Positions 11,831 through 20,073 of a stretch of 64,000 nucleotides of DNA are shown here, piece by piece. A model generated the notes under the pieces. It worked only from the letters and a program-made list of their open reading frames with translations, was not told the origin of the DNA and ran no database searches. The stretch is from Dehalococcoidia bacterium (lineage in GTDB: Bacteria; Chloroflexota; Dehalococcoidia; UBA6926). Position numbers and translations under genes: made by a program. Every line of letters begins with the position of its first letter. The first letter of the stretch is position 1. The stretch spans positions 352,001-416,000 of the forward strand of contig CAXXET010000004.1 in the NCBI GenBank assembly GCA_963666115.2, written 5' to 3'.

Positions 11831-12940
11831 TTAGAGCATGATCATGGCGTCGCCGAAGGAGTAGAAGCGGTATTCGTTGGCGATTGCCTCGCGGTAGGCG
11901 CGATCCACGAGGTCTTTGCCCGCAAAGGCGGCGGCGAGCATGAGGAGGGTGGAGCGCGGGAGGTGGAAGTTGGTAATCATCGCGCCAATCACGTTGAATT
12001 GGAAGCCGGGGAGGATCATGAGTTCCGTTTCGCCGATTTCAGGAGCGATTCTTCGTGGTCCACGCTGACCGGCGGTCGCTTCCTGGTTGATGGCTATCGA
12101 CTCAAGGGCACGGACGGGTGTTGAACCAACGGCTACGATACGCCGTCCGTCTGCGAGCGCCTGTGAGATGGTCTGCGCCGCATCCTCCGGCAGCTCGTAG
12201 CGCTCCTGCCCCATGACGTGTTCGCGGGGGTCATCGACCTTCACGGGCCTGAACGTTCCGGGGCCAACGTCCAGCGTCAGGCGGGCAATGCGGACACCCT
12301 GTTCCTGCAGGCCGTCCATCAGTTCCGGCGTGAAATGGAGCCCTGCGGTTGGCGCGGCGACGCTGCCGGGCTTGGAGGCATAGATGGTCTGATAACGTTC
12401 GAGGTTGGGAATCTCCTGGCGGATGTAGGGGGGGAGGGGCACCTGGCCGACGTCATCGAGGACAAAGCCCTCCGGCAGGGTCACTAGGCGAGTGCCGTCC
12501 GTGTATTGCTGGCCGACGTGGACACGGGGCGCGCCGGGGGCGTCCAACTCAACGATGGTGTTCGCGGCGACGCGGCGCGATGGGCGCACCATGGCGGTCC
12601 ACATGCGCTCATTGGCTTCGACTCCCTCTCCTGTGCCCGCGACAGGGCGGATGAGGAGAATCTCAACGTGTCCGCCGCCGTCTCGCTTGGTGCCCAGGAG
12701 GCGGGCGGGGATGACGCGGGTCTCGTTGACAACGAGGACGTCTCCCTCCGTGAGCACGGAGCCGAGTTCATAGAAATGCCTGTGCTCGATCAGGCCGGAG
12801 TCGCGGTGGACGACGAGGAGGCGGGACTGGTCGCGGGGTTCGATGGGCTGCTGGGCGATGAGATGCTCAGGGAGTTCAAAGTCGTAATCGGCCACCATGA
12901 AGGAGGCGGAGCCGCCGTTGCCGGAATCGTCGGATGTCAT
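11831..12940 (-). CDS. queA: S-adenosylmethionine:tRNA ribosyltransferase-isomerase
   Basis: DYDFELPEHLIAQ.P, PLPPYI, YQTIYA, GSVAAPTAGLHFT, TNFHLPRSTLLML and YRFYSFGDAM. Confidence 0.97.
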   Translation of the reverse strand: MTSDDSGNGGSASFMVADYDFELPEHLIAQQPIEPRDQSRLLVVHRDSGLIEHRHFYELGSVLTEGDVLVVNETRVIPARLLGTKRDGGGHVEILLIRPVAGTGEGVEANERMWTAMVRPSRRVAANTIVELDAPGAPRVHVGQQYTDGTRLVTLPEGFVLDDVGQVPLPPYIRQEIPNLERYQTIYASKPGSVAAPTAGLHFTPELMDGLQEQGVRIARLTLDVGPGTFRPVKVDDPREHVMGQERYELPEDAAQTISQALADGRRIVAVGSTPVRALESIAINQEATAGQRGPRRIAPEIGETELMILPGFQFNVIGAMITNFHLPRSTLLMLAAAFAGKDLVDRAYREAIANEYRFYSFGDAMIML

Positions 12941-12948
12941 GAGTTCTG

Positions 12949-13434
12949 TCAGCCTTGCGCAACTGCCTGTACAGGTGATTCTACAACGGAGACGGTTCCC
13001 GTCATACCGGGGTCCGAATGGCCGGGGATGGAGCAGATGAGATCGAATTCGCCGACCTTCGTTGGCGTGAAGCGAACTGTCTTCTTGGAACCAATCCGCA
13101 TCGATCCCGTTGCGACGCTGAACTCCTCGATGACGAGATCGTGGTCGACGGTGCCGAGGTTCCTGAACTCGATGACGGCTTCCCGGTTCACGGGAATCTC
13201 GATGACATCCGGTTCAAATGCCCATTCGGTGCCGACGACGATGTAGCTGCCGTCGGGTTGGAGGCCCGTCGCGCCGATGTCCTGGTTGTTGTTGCAGGCG
13301 GCGAGGGCGAGGGTGAGGAGAAGGAGGAGGGGGAGATTCTTCGCTGCGCTCAGAATGACATAGCCGATGGATTGCGGGGCCGGCCCGATGGATTCCGGCT
13401 TTCGCCGGAATGAGGGGAAAATACGTTTCGTCAT
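12949..13434 (-). CDS. Cupredoxin-domain lipoprotein with REP-derived N-terminus
   Basis: Lipobox LAAC; type-1 Cu ligands H(DL)...C(SIPG)H...M; ATG overlaps the folD stop (TAATG). Confidence 0.8.
   Translation of the reverse strand: MTKRIFPSFRRKPESIGPAPQSIGYVILSAAKNLPLLLLLTLALAACNNNQDIGATGLQPDGSYIVVGTEWAFEPDVIEIPVNREAVIEFRNLGTVDHDLVIEEFSVATGSMRIGSKKTVRFTPTKVGEFDLICSIPGHSDPGMTGTVSVVESPVQAVAQG
13334..13359 (+). repeat. REP family B copy inside the cupredoxin CDS
   Basis: AGATTCTTCGCTGCGCTCAGAATGAC; reads VILSAAKNL on the minus strand. Confidence 0.9.
13390..13413 (+). repeat. REP family A variant inside the cupredoxin CDS
   Basis: GGATTCCGGCTTTCGCCGGAATGA, a compensatory stem change relative to other A copies; reads SFRRKPES on the minus strand. 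Confidence 0.85.
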
Positions 13435-14315
13435 TAGGGGTTTTGGGCGCGGGCGGCGGAGACGGTGTTGCGGAGGAGCATGGCGACGGTCATGGGGCCG
13501 ACGCCGCCGGGCACGGGGGTGATGGCGCTCGCCACTTCAGACACGGCGTTGAAGTCAACGTCGCCGACGATCTTGTAGCCGCTCTTTTGGCTCTTGTCCT
13601 CAACGTGATTGATGCCCACGTCGATGACGACTGCGCCCGGCTTGACCATATCGGCGGTAATGCCTTCGGGGATACCGACGGCAACGACGAGGATGTCCGC
13701 CTGCTTCGTCATTTCACCGAGGTCCGGGGCCGTCCTGTGGCAGACGGTGACGCGCGGATAAAACTTTGGGTCGCCCTGCATCCATGCTGTGGCGATGGGT
13801 TTTCCAACGATATTGCTGCGGCCAACGATGACGGCGTGCTTGCCGCCAAGCTGCACGCCCTCTCGCCGCAGCATCTCCATGACGCCGAACGGCGTGGCGG
13901 GAACGAACTGCGAATCGCCGATGGCGAGGTGGCCGATGTTGAGCGGGTGGAAACCGTCTGCGTCCTTATCGGGCCGGACGGATTCGATGATGGCGTGTTC
14001 CTCGATGTGCGCAGGCAGCGGCAACTGCACGAGGATGCCGTGGACACGGTCTGCGCGGTTCAGCGATTCGATGAGGTCCAGCAGGCCGTCCTGCGACACA
14101 GAGGAGTCGATGCGATGAATCTCCGTGTAGATGCCGACCTCGCGGCAGGCGCGCTCCTTGTTGGCGACGTAGGTTTGGGAGGCGGGGTCATCGCCGACGA
14201 CGACGGCGGCAAGGCCGGGCATGACGCCTTTCGCCTTGAGCGCGGCGACATCACGCGCGACTTCCCTGCGGATGTCTGCGGCGATGGTGCGTCCGTCAAT
14301 GATGCGCGCGGTCAT
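13434..14315 (-). CDS. folD: Methylenetetrahydrofolate dehydrogenase/cyclohydrolase
   Basis: MTARIIDG, GDDPASQTYV, GILVQLPLP, KDADGFHP, GRSNIVGKP and ITPVPGGVGPMT. Confidence 0.97.
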   Translation of the reverse strand: MTARIIDGRTIAADIRREVARDVAALKAKGVMPGLAAVVVGDDPASQTYVANKERACREVGIYTEIHRIDSSVSQDGLLDLIESLNRADRVHGILVQLPLPAHIEEHAIIESVRPDKDADGFHPLNIGHLAIGDSQFVPATPFGVMEMLRREGVQLGGKHAVIVGRSNIVGKPIATAWMQGDPKFYPRVTVCHRTAPDLGEMTKQADILVVAVGIPEGITADMVKPGAVVIDVGINHVEDKSQKSGYKIVGDVDFNAVSEVASAITPVPGGVGPMTVAMLLRNTVSAARAQNP

Positions 14316-14388
14316 AGGTTGAGTATAGCGTGGGGGCGGGTTCTGCCATAATTTGGGGGACTGCATCAACAGAGGAGCATCCACCAGT

Positions 14389-14778
14389 ATGTTGACCACC
14401 GGAATCGATATGTGCGAGGTATGGAGAATCAGGGAGGCGCGTGAGCGGTTCGGACAGCGGTTCCTTGATCGCGTCTACACGGAGGAGGAGCAGCGGACAA
14501 GCCGGATGCGAGACCCGGAGCTTGCGGCTCGGTTTGCCAGCAAGGAGGCCGTGATGAAGGCGCTGGGCACGGGGGCGCGCGGCGTCGGCTGGAAGGATAT
14601 CGAGATTCTGCCGATGCGGGGCGGCAAGCCGGAGGTGCGGCTGCATGGGCGGGCGAAAGCCGTTGCGGAGCGGATCGGGTTGACGGATTTGGCGGTGAGC
14701 CAGACACATTCGATCGAGTACGCGCTGTCGATTGTGGTGGGGACGGCGGAGTATCCTTCGCCGTATCACGCGCCGTAG
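14389..14778 (+). CDS. acpS: Holo-ACP synthase
   Basis: GIDMCE, F..RVYT.EE, LAARFASKEAVMKALGTG and SQTH motifs. Confidence 0.93.
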   Translation: MLTTGIDMCEVWRIREARERFGQRFLDRVYTEEEQRTSRMRDPELAARFASKEAVMKALGTGARGVGWKDIEILPMRGGKPEVRLHGRAKAVAERIGLTDLAVSQTHSIEYALSIVVGTAEYPSPYHAP

Positions 14779-14783
14779 GGGGT

Positions 14784-14804
14784 GGATTCCCGCTTTCGCG
14801 GGAA
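14784..14804 (+). repeat. REP family A copy (tail degenerate)
   Basis: GGATTCCCGCTTTCGCGGGAA between acpS and nnr. Confidence 0.85.
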
Positions 14805-14820
14805 AAACGGAGGGGGCGGC

Positions 14821-16395
14821 ATGAGGGCGGTGACGGCTGCGGAGATGCGGCGTATTGAAGAGGGCGCGATAGCGCGGGGCGTCCCCGTTGAGGAACTGAT
14901 GGGGCGAGCCGGGGGGGCGGTTGCGGATCATGTCGGCGACGTTCTCGGCGGACAGATTGCACAACGGCGGATTCTTGTGCTGGCAGGCCCGGGAAAGAAC
15001 GGCGGCGATGGCCTGATTGCTGCGCGGATACTGAGGCAACGGGGGGCAATCGTTTCGGTTGCGTGTCCCATTCCGCGAGCGGACGACCCGCTGCTGGAAA
15101 GATGCGCGGCAGCCGGTTGCTCAATCACCCAGGGTGATTTGGCCGATTTAGACGCGACTCCGGCTAAAGCCGAACTTGTTGTTGATGCGCTGCTCGGCAC
15201 AGGGCATTCTCGCGCCATCGAAGGGGCGATGCTTGAATCACTGAACCTCGTACACGGCGCGGAGAACAAGCCAACGGTTGTGTCAGTCGACGTGCCATCC
15301 GGCCTTGATTCGGATACCGGGGAGGTGGACCCGGCCACTTTGCCAGCCGATGTGACGGTGGCGCTTGGCAACACAAAAATCGGCTGCCTGACCGTGAAAG
15401 GCGCGGAGTACTGCGGGGCCATCCACGCAGTCGAAATCGGGCTTGGTGGAGATGCGGATGACGGAGGCGGCGTCCACGTTCTGACCGCCGGAGACATCCA
15501 GGGGCTCCTGCCTGAGCGGCGAGCAACAAGCAATAAGGGCACGTTCGGGCATAGCCTCATCGTTGGAGGGTCGGAGGCGTACCGGGGCGCGCCGGCGCTG
15601 GCAGCGCGGGCTGCGGCGCGGGCAGGAGCCGGTACGGTTGCGATAGCCGCGCCGGAAACGATAACGGATTCTCTCGCGCCGATGGCGCCGGAGGCGACGC
15701 ATATACCGCTCCCGCAGACGAACCAGGGTGGACTAAAATCACCGCAATCAGCTCAGAGGCTCTCCAGAACCTTTTCTGAGAGGAGGACTGCGGCTATCGC
15801 GATTGGGCCTGGGATGGGGCAATCCAAGCGCGTGTCGAATTTTCTCTCTGAACTTCTTGATGGTATTCCGGCGGATACGCCTGTCGTCTTTGACGCGGAT
15901 GCTTTGACAATTTTGTCGCAGATGCCGGAGTGGTGGACGCGGTTACGGGGGCCAGTTGTGGTGACGCCGCATCCTGGGGAGATGGCGCGGCTGTGCGGGA
16001 TTTCGGTAGAGGACGTGCAGTTGGCGCGGGAAGGGGTCGCGGCGGAGAAGGCGAAGGAGTGGGGTGTGACCATCGTGCTGAAAGGCGCTTACACGATCAT
16101 TACCGGCCCGGATCAAGAAACGGCCATTTGCCCGCTCACTATGCCCGCCCTTGCATCAGGCGGAACCGGCGATGCGCTTGCCGGAATCGTCACAGGCTTC
16201 CTGTCGCAAGGGCTGACAAACTATGCGGCGGCACAGGCAGGCGTGTACGTGCATGGGACTGCGGCGGCTTTGGCGGCTCAGGACAACGGCAACATGACGT
16301 CGGGCCTATTGGCGTCCGACCTGATTGAGAAGATTCCGGCGGCGATGGGGTTGATTGCGCGGGGGGAAGGGCCGGTTCCGCCTCTGTTTGCCTAG
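14821..16395 (+). CDS. nnr: Bifunctional NAD(P)H-hydrate epimerase/dehydratase
   Basis: YjeF-N (GPGKNGGDG, DALLGTG, DVPSG) plus YjeF-C (NKGTFG, GPGMG, DADAL, TPHPGE, VLKG, GGTGDALAG). Confidence 0.95.
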   Translation: MRAVTAAEMRRIEEGAIARGVPVEELMGRAGGAVADHVGDVLGGQIAQRRILVLAGPGKNGGDGLIAARILRQRGAIVSVACPIPRADDPLLERCAAAGCSITQGDLADLDATPAKAELVVDALLGTGHSRAIEGAMLESLNLVHGAENKPTVVSVDVPSGLDSDTGEVDPATLPADVTVALGNTKIGCLTVKGAEYCGAIHAVEIGLGGDADDGGGVHVLTAGDIQGLLPERRATSNKGTFGHSLIVGGSEAYRGAPALAARAAARAGAGTVAIAAPETITDSLAPMAPEATHIPLPQTNQGGLKSPQSAQRLSRTFSERRTAAIAIGPGMGQSKRVSNFLSELLDGIPADTPVVFDADALTILSQMPEWWTRLRGPVVVTPHPGEMARLCGISVEDVQLAREGVAAEKAKEWGVTIVLKGAYTIITGPDQETAICPLTMPALASGGTGDALAGIVTGFLSQGLTNYAAAQAGVYVHGTAAALAAQDNGNMTSGLLASDLIEKIPAAMGLIARGEGPVPPLFA

Positions 16396-17258
16396 CGCCA
16401 GCCGATGGCGCGGAGCCATTGTTCGAAGGTTAGGGTTGGGATTTGCCATTTGGATTTGAGGGCGGGGATGTCTTCGTCGTAGCCGTGGTTTTGGTACCAG
16501 CGTGTCATGGCGATGGTTGACGGGGGGGCGATTTGGGGCCAGTTTTCTTCGGGGATTTGTTCGTAGCGGACATCGTGGCCTGTTACACGGCTTAGGGCGG
16601 CGGCGATGTCGGTCATGGTGAGCGTTTCGGCGGCGATGTCGATTTCCTGCCCTTCGTATACGTCCGGGTTGTTGAACGCTGCGGCGGCGTAGGCTCCGAT
16701 GTCATGGCCGGAGATGACCTGCAGGGTCTTGTCCGGGGTTAACATGCCGCGAATGACGCCGTTGTCGATGCCCTTGCGGTCTGCGACGTAGTTCTCCGCG
16801 AATGAGACCGGGCGGAGGATGGTGTACGGGATGCCGAGTTGACGGACGTGGGCCATCACTTCAATCTTGGCGTCCCAATACGTGACGCCCCTGTTCGGCT
16901 CCTTCGCGCCGCAGGAGGCAGTGTAGACGAGGTGGCTCACCCCTGCCCTCTTTGCGGCATCCGCGATGGCGATTCCCTGCCGCGCCTCGTGCATCGGGTC
17001 GTCCTCAGCGGCCTGGTCCTGCACGGAGAAGACGCCGTACACGCCCTGCATGGCGGCATCGAGGGAGGCAACGTCGTCCATGTTTCCTGCCACGATCTCC
17101 ACGCCGCGCTGGGCGAGCGCCTGCGCCTTTTCACCCTGGGGGGAACGGGTTAGGCCGCGAACATGCCAGTCCTTGGACGACAGCAGGTGGCCGACGAGGC
17201 CGCCGCCCTGGTTGCCGGTGGCGCCGATGACGAGGATTGCCCGGGTTGGGTTGGTCAT
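16392..17258 (-). CDS. NmrA/HSCARG family NAD(P)-binding protein
   Basis: ILVIGATGNQGG, GVYGVFSV, AAKRAGVSHLVY and YTILRP. Confidence 0.9.
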   Translation of the reverse strand: MTNPTRAILVIGATGNQGGGLVGHLLSSKDWHVRGLTRSPQGEKAQALAQRGVEIVAGNMDDVASLDAAMQGVYGVFSVQDQAAEDDPMHEARQGIAIADAAKRAGVSHLVYTASCGAKEPNRGVTYWDAKIEVMAHVRQLGIPYTILRPVSFAENYVADRKGIDNGVIRGMLTPDKTLQVISGHDIGAYAAAAFNNPDVYEGQEIDIAAETLTMTDIAAALSRVTGHDVRYEQIPEENWPQIAPPSTIAMTRWYQNHGYDEDIPALKSKWQIPTLTFEQWLRAIGWR

Positions 17259-17331
17259 GTGTGGTTCTCCTTTTCCCCGATTGTTTCAGATTGGGGGGGT
17301 GGTGGATAGACCTGGCGCGTATAATTGCGTG

Positions 17332-18099
17332 ATGCTGCTGGCGGTTGATATTGGGAATACGAACGTGAAGTTCGCCGTTTTTGACGGCGAGCGGATTGTC
17401 GTGTCCGACCGGCTGCCGACGGGGGCGAGCAATTCGGCTGAGGAGATCGGCGCGTCTGTGTGCACCGCTTTGGCGCGGCACGGGGTCCGGGAATCCGCCA
17501 TTGAGGGCGTGTCACTGTGCTCGGTTGTTCCGCCCGTGACGACGATGATGGAGCGCACGGCGTCGGATGTCTTTAAGGTTGACGCGCTGGATGTCAAGAA
17601 GGCCAGAAATCGGGGCATCACGCTGGACGTGGACAAGCCGGACGGGGTGGGGACGGACAGGATAGTGAACGCGGCGGCGGCATACGGGCTGTACAGCGGG
17701 CCGGGCATCGTAGTGGATTTCGGCACGGCGACGACGTTCGACGTGGTAACAGCAGAAGGGGTGTTCATCGGGGGCGTCATCGCGCCGGGGATTGCGTTAT
17801 CGTCGGAGGCGCTGACGGAGCGTGCGGCGCAGCTACCGCCCATCGAGCCGGTGTTTCCCGAGAAAGTTATCGGGAGGGACACGGACCAGGCGATGCGCTC
17901 AGGGTTGATGTACGGGTATCTTGGGCTGATGGAGGGTGTCATCGGGCGGATACGGGCGGAGATCGGGTCCCCGGCGCGGGTGATCGCGACGGGCGGGCTG
18001 GTTGAGCACATCGCGGAGCGGACGGAGATAATCGACGTGGTGGAGCCGGACTTGACGCTGCGGGGGCTGCGGCTTATTTGGGAGCTTAACCGGGGGTAG
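17332..18099 (+). CDS. coaX: Type III pantothenate kinase
   Basis: MLLAVDIGNTN, SVVP, VGTDR, VDFGTATTFD, GGVIAPG and ATGG; next to coaBC. Confidence 0.95.
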   Translation: MLLAVDIGNTNVKFAVFDGERIVVSDRLPTGASNSAEEIGASVCTALARHGVRESAIEGVSLCSVVPPVTTMMERTASDVFKVDALDVKKARNRGITLDVDKPDGVGTDRIVNAAAAYGLYSGPGIVVDFGTATTFDVVTAEGVFIGGVIAPGIALSSEALTERAAQLPPIEPVFPEKVIGRDTDQAMRSGLMYGYLGLMEGVIGRIRAEIGSPARVIATGGLVEHIAERTEIIDVVEPDLTLRGLRLIWELNRG

Positions 18100-18118
18100 A
18101 GTGGGCGAATAATGATTG

Positions 18119-18178
18119 AGATTCCCGCTTTCGCGGGAATGACGAAGGTGAGTGGGTTCCTGCTTTCGCGGGAATGAC
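18119..18178 (+). repeat. Two tandem REP family A copies
   Basis: AGATTCCCGCTTTCGCGGGAATGAC (18119-18143) and GGTTCCTGCTTTCGCGGGAATGAC (18155-18178), direct orientation. Confidence 0.9.
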
Positions 18179-18194
18179 GGAATGGAAAGGCGTG

Positions 18195-19397
18195 ATGGAG
18201 GCGATTGCGGGCAAGCGGGTTGTGCTGGGGGTTTCGGGCAGCATTGCCTGTTACAAGGCGGCGGACATTGCGTCCAAGCTGATGCAGGCAGGGGCACTGG
18301 TGGACGTGGTGCTGACGCGGGCGGCTCAGGAGTTCGTGACGCCTCTCACGTTCCGGTCGCTGACGCACCGCCCCGTGATTACGGACATCTTCGACGCGCA
18401 GTCGGCGGACCCGCTGGAGCACGTGGAGATAGCGCACCGGGCAGACGCGGTGGTGATCGCGCCGACGACGGCGCACGTGATGGCCAAGCTGGCGCACGGG
18501 CTGGCGGACGATGCGCTTTCGACCATCATTCTCGCGACGGATGCGCCCGTGATCGTCGCTCCGGCGATGGAACACCATATGTGGACGAACGCGGCGACAC
18601 AGGAGAACGCGGCGACGCTGCGGGAACGCGGTTTCACGTTCGCGGGGCCGGATGCGGGCAGGTTGGCGTCCGGGGCCGTCGGCAGCGGTCGTCTCGTGGA
18701 GACGGCGGATATTCTCGACGCCCTCAACGGGCTGCTGTCGAAGGATCAAGACCTGCTGGGGCGGCATATCGTCGTGTCAGCAGGGGGGACGCAGGAGCCG
18801 ATTGACCCTGTGCGGGTGGTGACGAACCGCTCATCGGGCAAGCAGGGGTACGCGTTCGCTGAGGCGGCGCGGGACCGGGGGGCGCGCGTGACGCTGGTGA
18901 CGGCGGCGGGGCTTGCGAATCCGGCGGGCGTGAACGTGGTCAAGGTGGAGAGCGCGCGGCAGATGCTAGGGGCAGTCTCGGACGCGCTGAACGACGCGGC
19001 GGACGCACTTGTCATGGCTGCGGCGGTTGCGGACTGGGAGCCGGTGGCGGCGGCAGGGCAGAAGATGAAGAAAGTGGAGGGGCAGGACATCCTCACGATC
19101 GACATGAAAAAGACGCCGGACATCCTCGCGCAGGTCAGCGGCCTGCCAGGGGTCAAGGTGGGCTTTGCCGCCGAGACGGAGGACCTGCTTGCGAACGCGC
19201 GCGCCAAGCTGGAGGGCAAGAAGCTGGATATGATCGTGGCCAATGACGTTTCGGCGACGGATGCCGGCTTTGCGGTCGATACGAACCGAGTTGTGATTCT
19301 CGACAAGTCCGGCGGGCAGGAGGAGCTGCCGCTGATGTCCAAGCGCGACGTGGCGGACGCGGTGCTGGATCGCGTTTGCGCGCTGCTGAGCGGGTGA
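18195..19397 (+). CDS. coaBC: Phosphopantothenoylcysteine decarboxylase/ligase
   Basis: GVSGSIACYKA, APAM...MW, SAGGTQEPIDPVR..TNRSSGKQG, AAAVAD and VGFAAET. Confidence 0.96.
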   Translation: MEAIAGKRVVLGVSGSIACYKAADIASKLMQAGALVDVVLTRAAQEFVTPLTFRSLTHRPVITDIFDAQSADPLEHVEIAHRADAVVIAPTTAHVMAKLAHGLADDALSTIILATDAPVIVAPAMEHHMWTNAATQENAATLRERGFTFAGPDAGRLASGAVGSGRLVETADILDALNGLLSKDQDLLGRHIVVSAGGTQEPIDPVRVVTNRSSGKQGYAFAEAARDRGARVTLVTAAGLANPAGVNVVKVESARQMLGAVSDALNDAADALVMAAAVADWEPVAAAGQKMKKVEGQDILTIDMKKTPDILAQVSGLPGVKVGFAAETEDLLANARAKLEGKKLDMIVANDVSATDAGFAVDTNRVVILDKSGGQEELPLMSKRDVADAVLDRVCALLSG

Positions 19398-19416
19398 TGA
19401 ACGACAAGGAACCGGT

Positions 19417-20073
19417 GTGACCGAAACGGATACACGATTCGTTTCCCTGATTATTCTCGCCGCGGGCAGTTCATCGCGCATGGGGCGACCCAAGCAGACC
19501 CTGCCGTGGATGGGCAAGGACTTGCTGACTTACCAGGTTGAGCAGGGCGGGCTTTCGGGCGTCGACGAGTTGATCGTGGCGCTTGGCGAGAACGCCGAGG
19601 ACTATCGAGAGTTGTTGCCGGAATCGCTCGGGCGCGTGCCGGTCTACAAGATCATCGAGAACTCGGATTATGCGCGGGGCAAGACGACGTCGGTGCTTGC
19701 CGGGCTGGCCGCTGCCGACCCGCGCGCCACCGACTGGATCTTTCTCGCGATGGATGCGCCCAAGCCCGCGCACATCACGGACATGCTGGTGGAGGCGCAT
19801 CACGCAGGCAGACTGCCGATCACATACCCCTGGCACGGCGGCATCGAGGGGCATCCGCCAGTGATGAATCGGTCGCTGCGTTCAGAGATAGAGGCAATCA
19901 CGGAGGAGCGGCGGGGGCTACGTGAGATCACAGAGCGCGATCCGGCGCGGGTGAACCGCGTTGAGTTCGCGGACCCCATCGTGATCGTCAATATGAACAG
20001 CCCGGAGGATTATGAACGGGCGCTGGCGGTGACGGGGCAAGCATCCGGCGATGCCAGTAGAATTGACCCATGA
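19417..20073 (+). CDS. MocA-like nucleotidyltransferase (molybdenum cofactor cytidylyltransferase family)
   Basis: ILAAGSSSRMGRPKQ, G..TS...G, GHP and N.PEDY motifs. Confidence 0.8.
   Translation: MTETDTRFVSLIILAAGSSSRMGRPKQTLPWMGKDLLTYQVEQGGLSGVDELIVALGENAEDYRELLPESLGRVPVYKIIENSDYARGKTTSVLAGLAAADPRATDWIFLAMDAPKPAHITDMLVEAHHAGRLPITYPWHGGIEGHPPVMNRSLRSEIEAITEERRGLREITERDPARVNRVEFADPIVIVNMNSPEDYERALAVTGQASGDASRIDP

Noticed and set aside
16966-18099. 377-aa ORF suggesting an N-terminally extended CoaX
   Set aside because: The extension is antisense to the NmrA gene; the real start is at 17332 behind a -10 box.
10701-18178. Repeated palindromes as a possible CRISPR array
   Set aside because: Dispersed, at most two in tandem with 5-30 nt gaps, no regular spacers and no cas genes.
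14782-18194. REP-derived N-termini for nnr (MDSRFRGK) and coaBC (MTEWKG)
   Set aside because: Family-typical starts lie downstream (14821 and 18195); the upstream starts come from the repeats and lack support.
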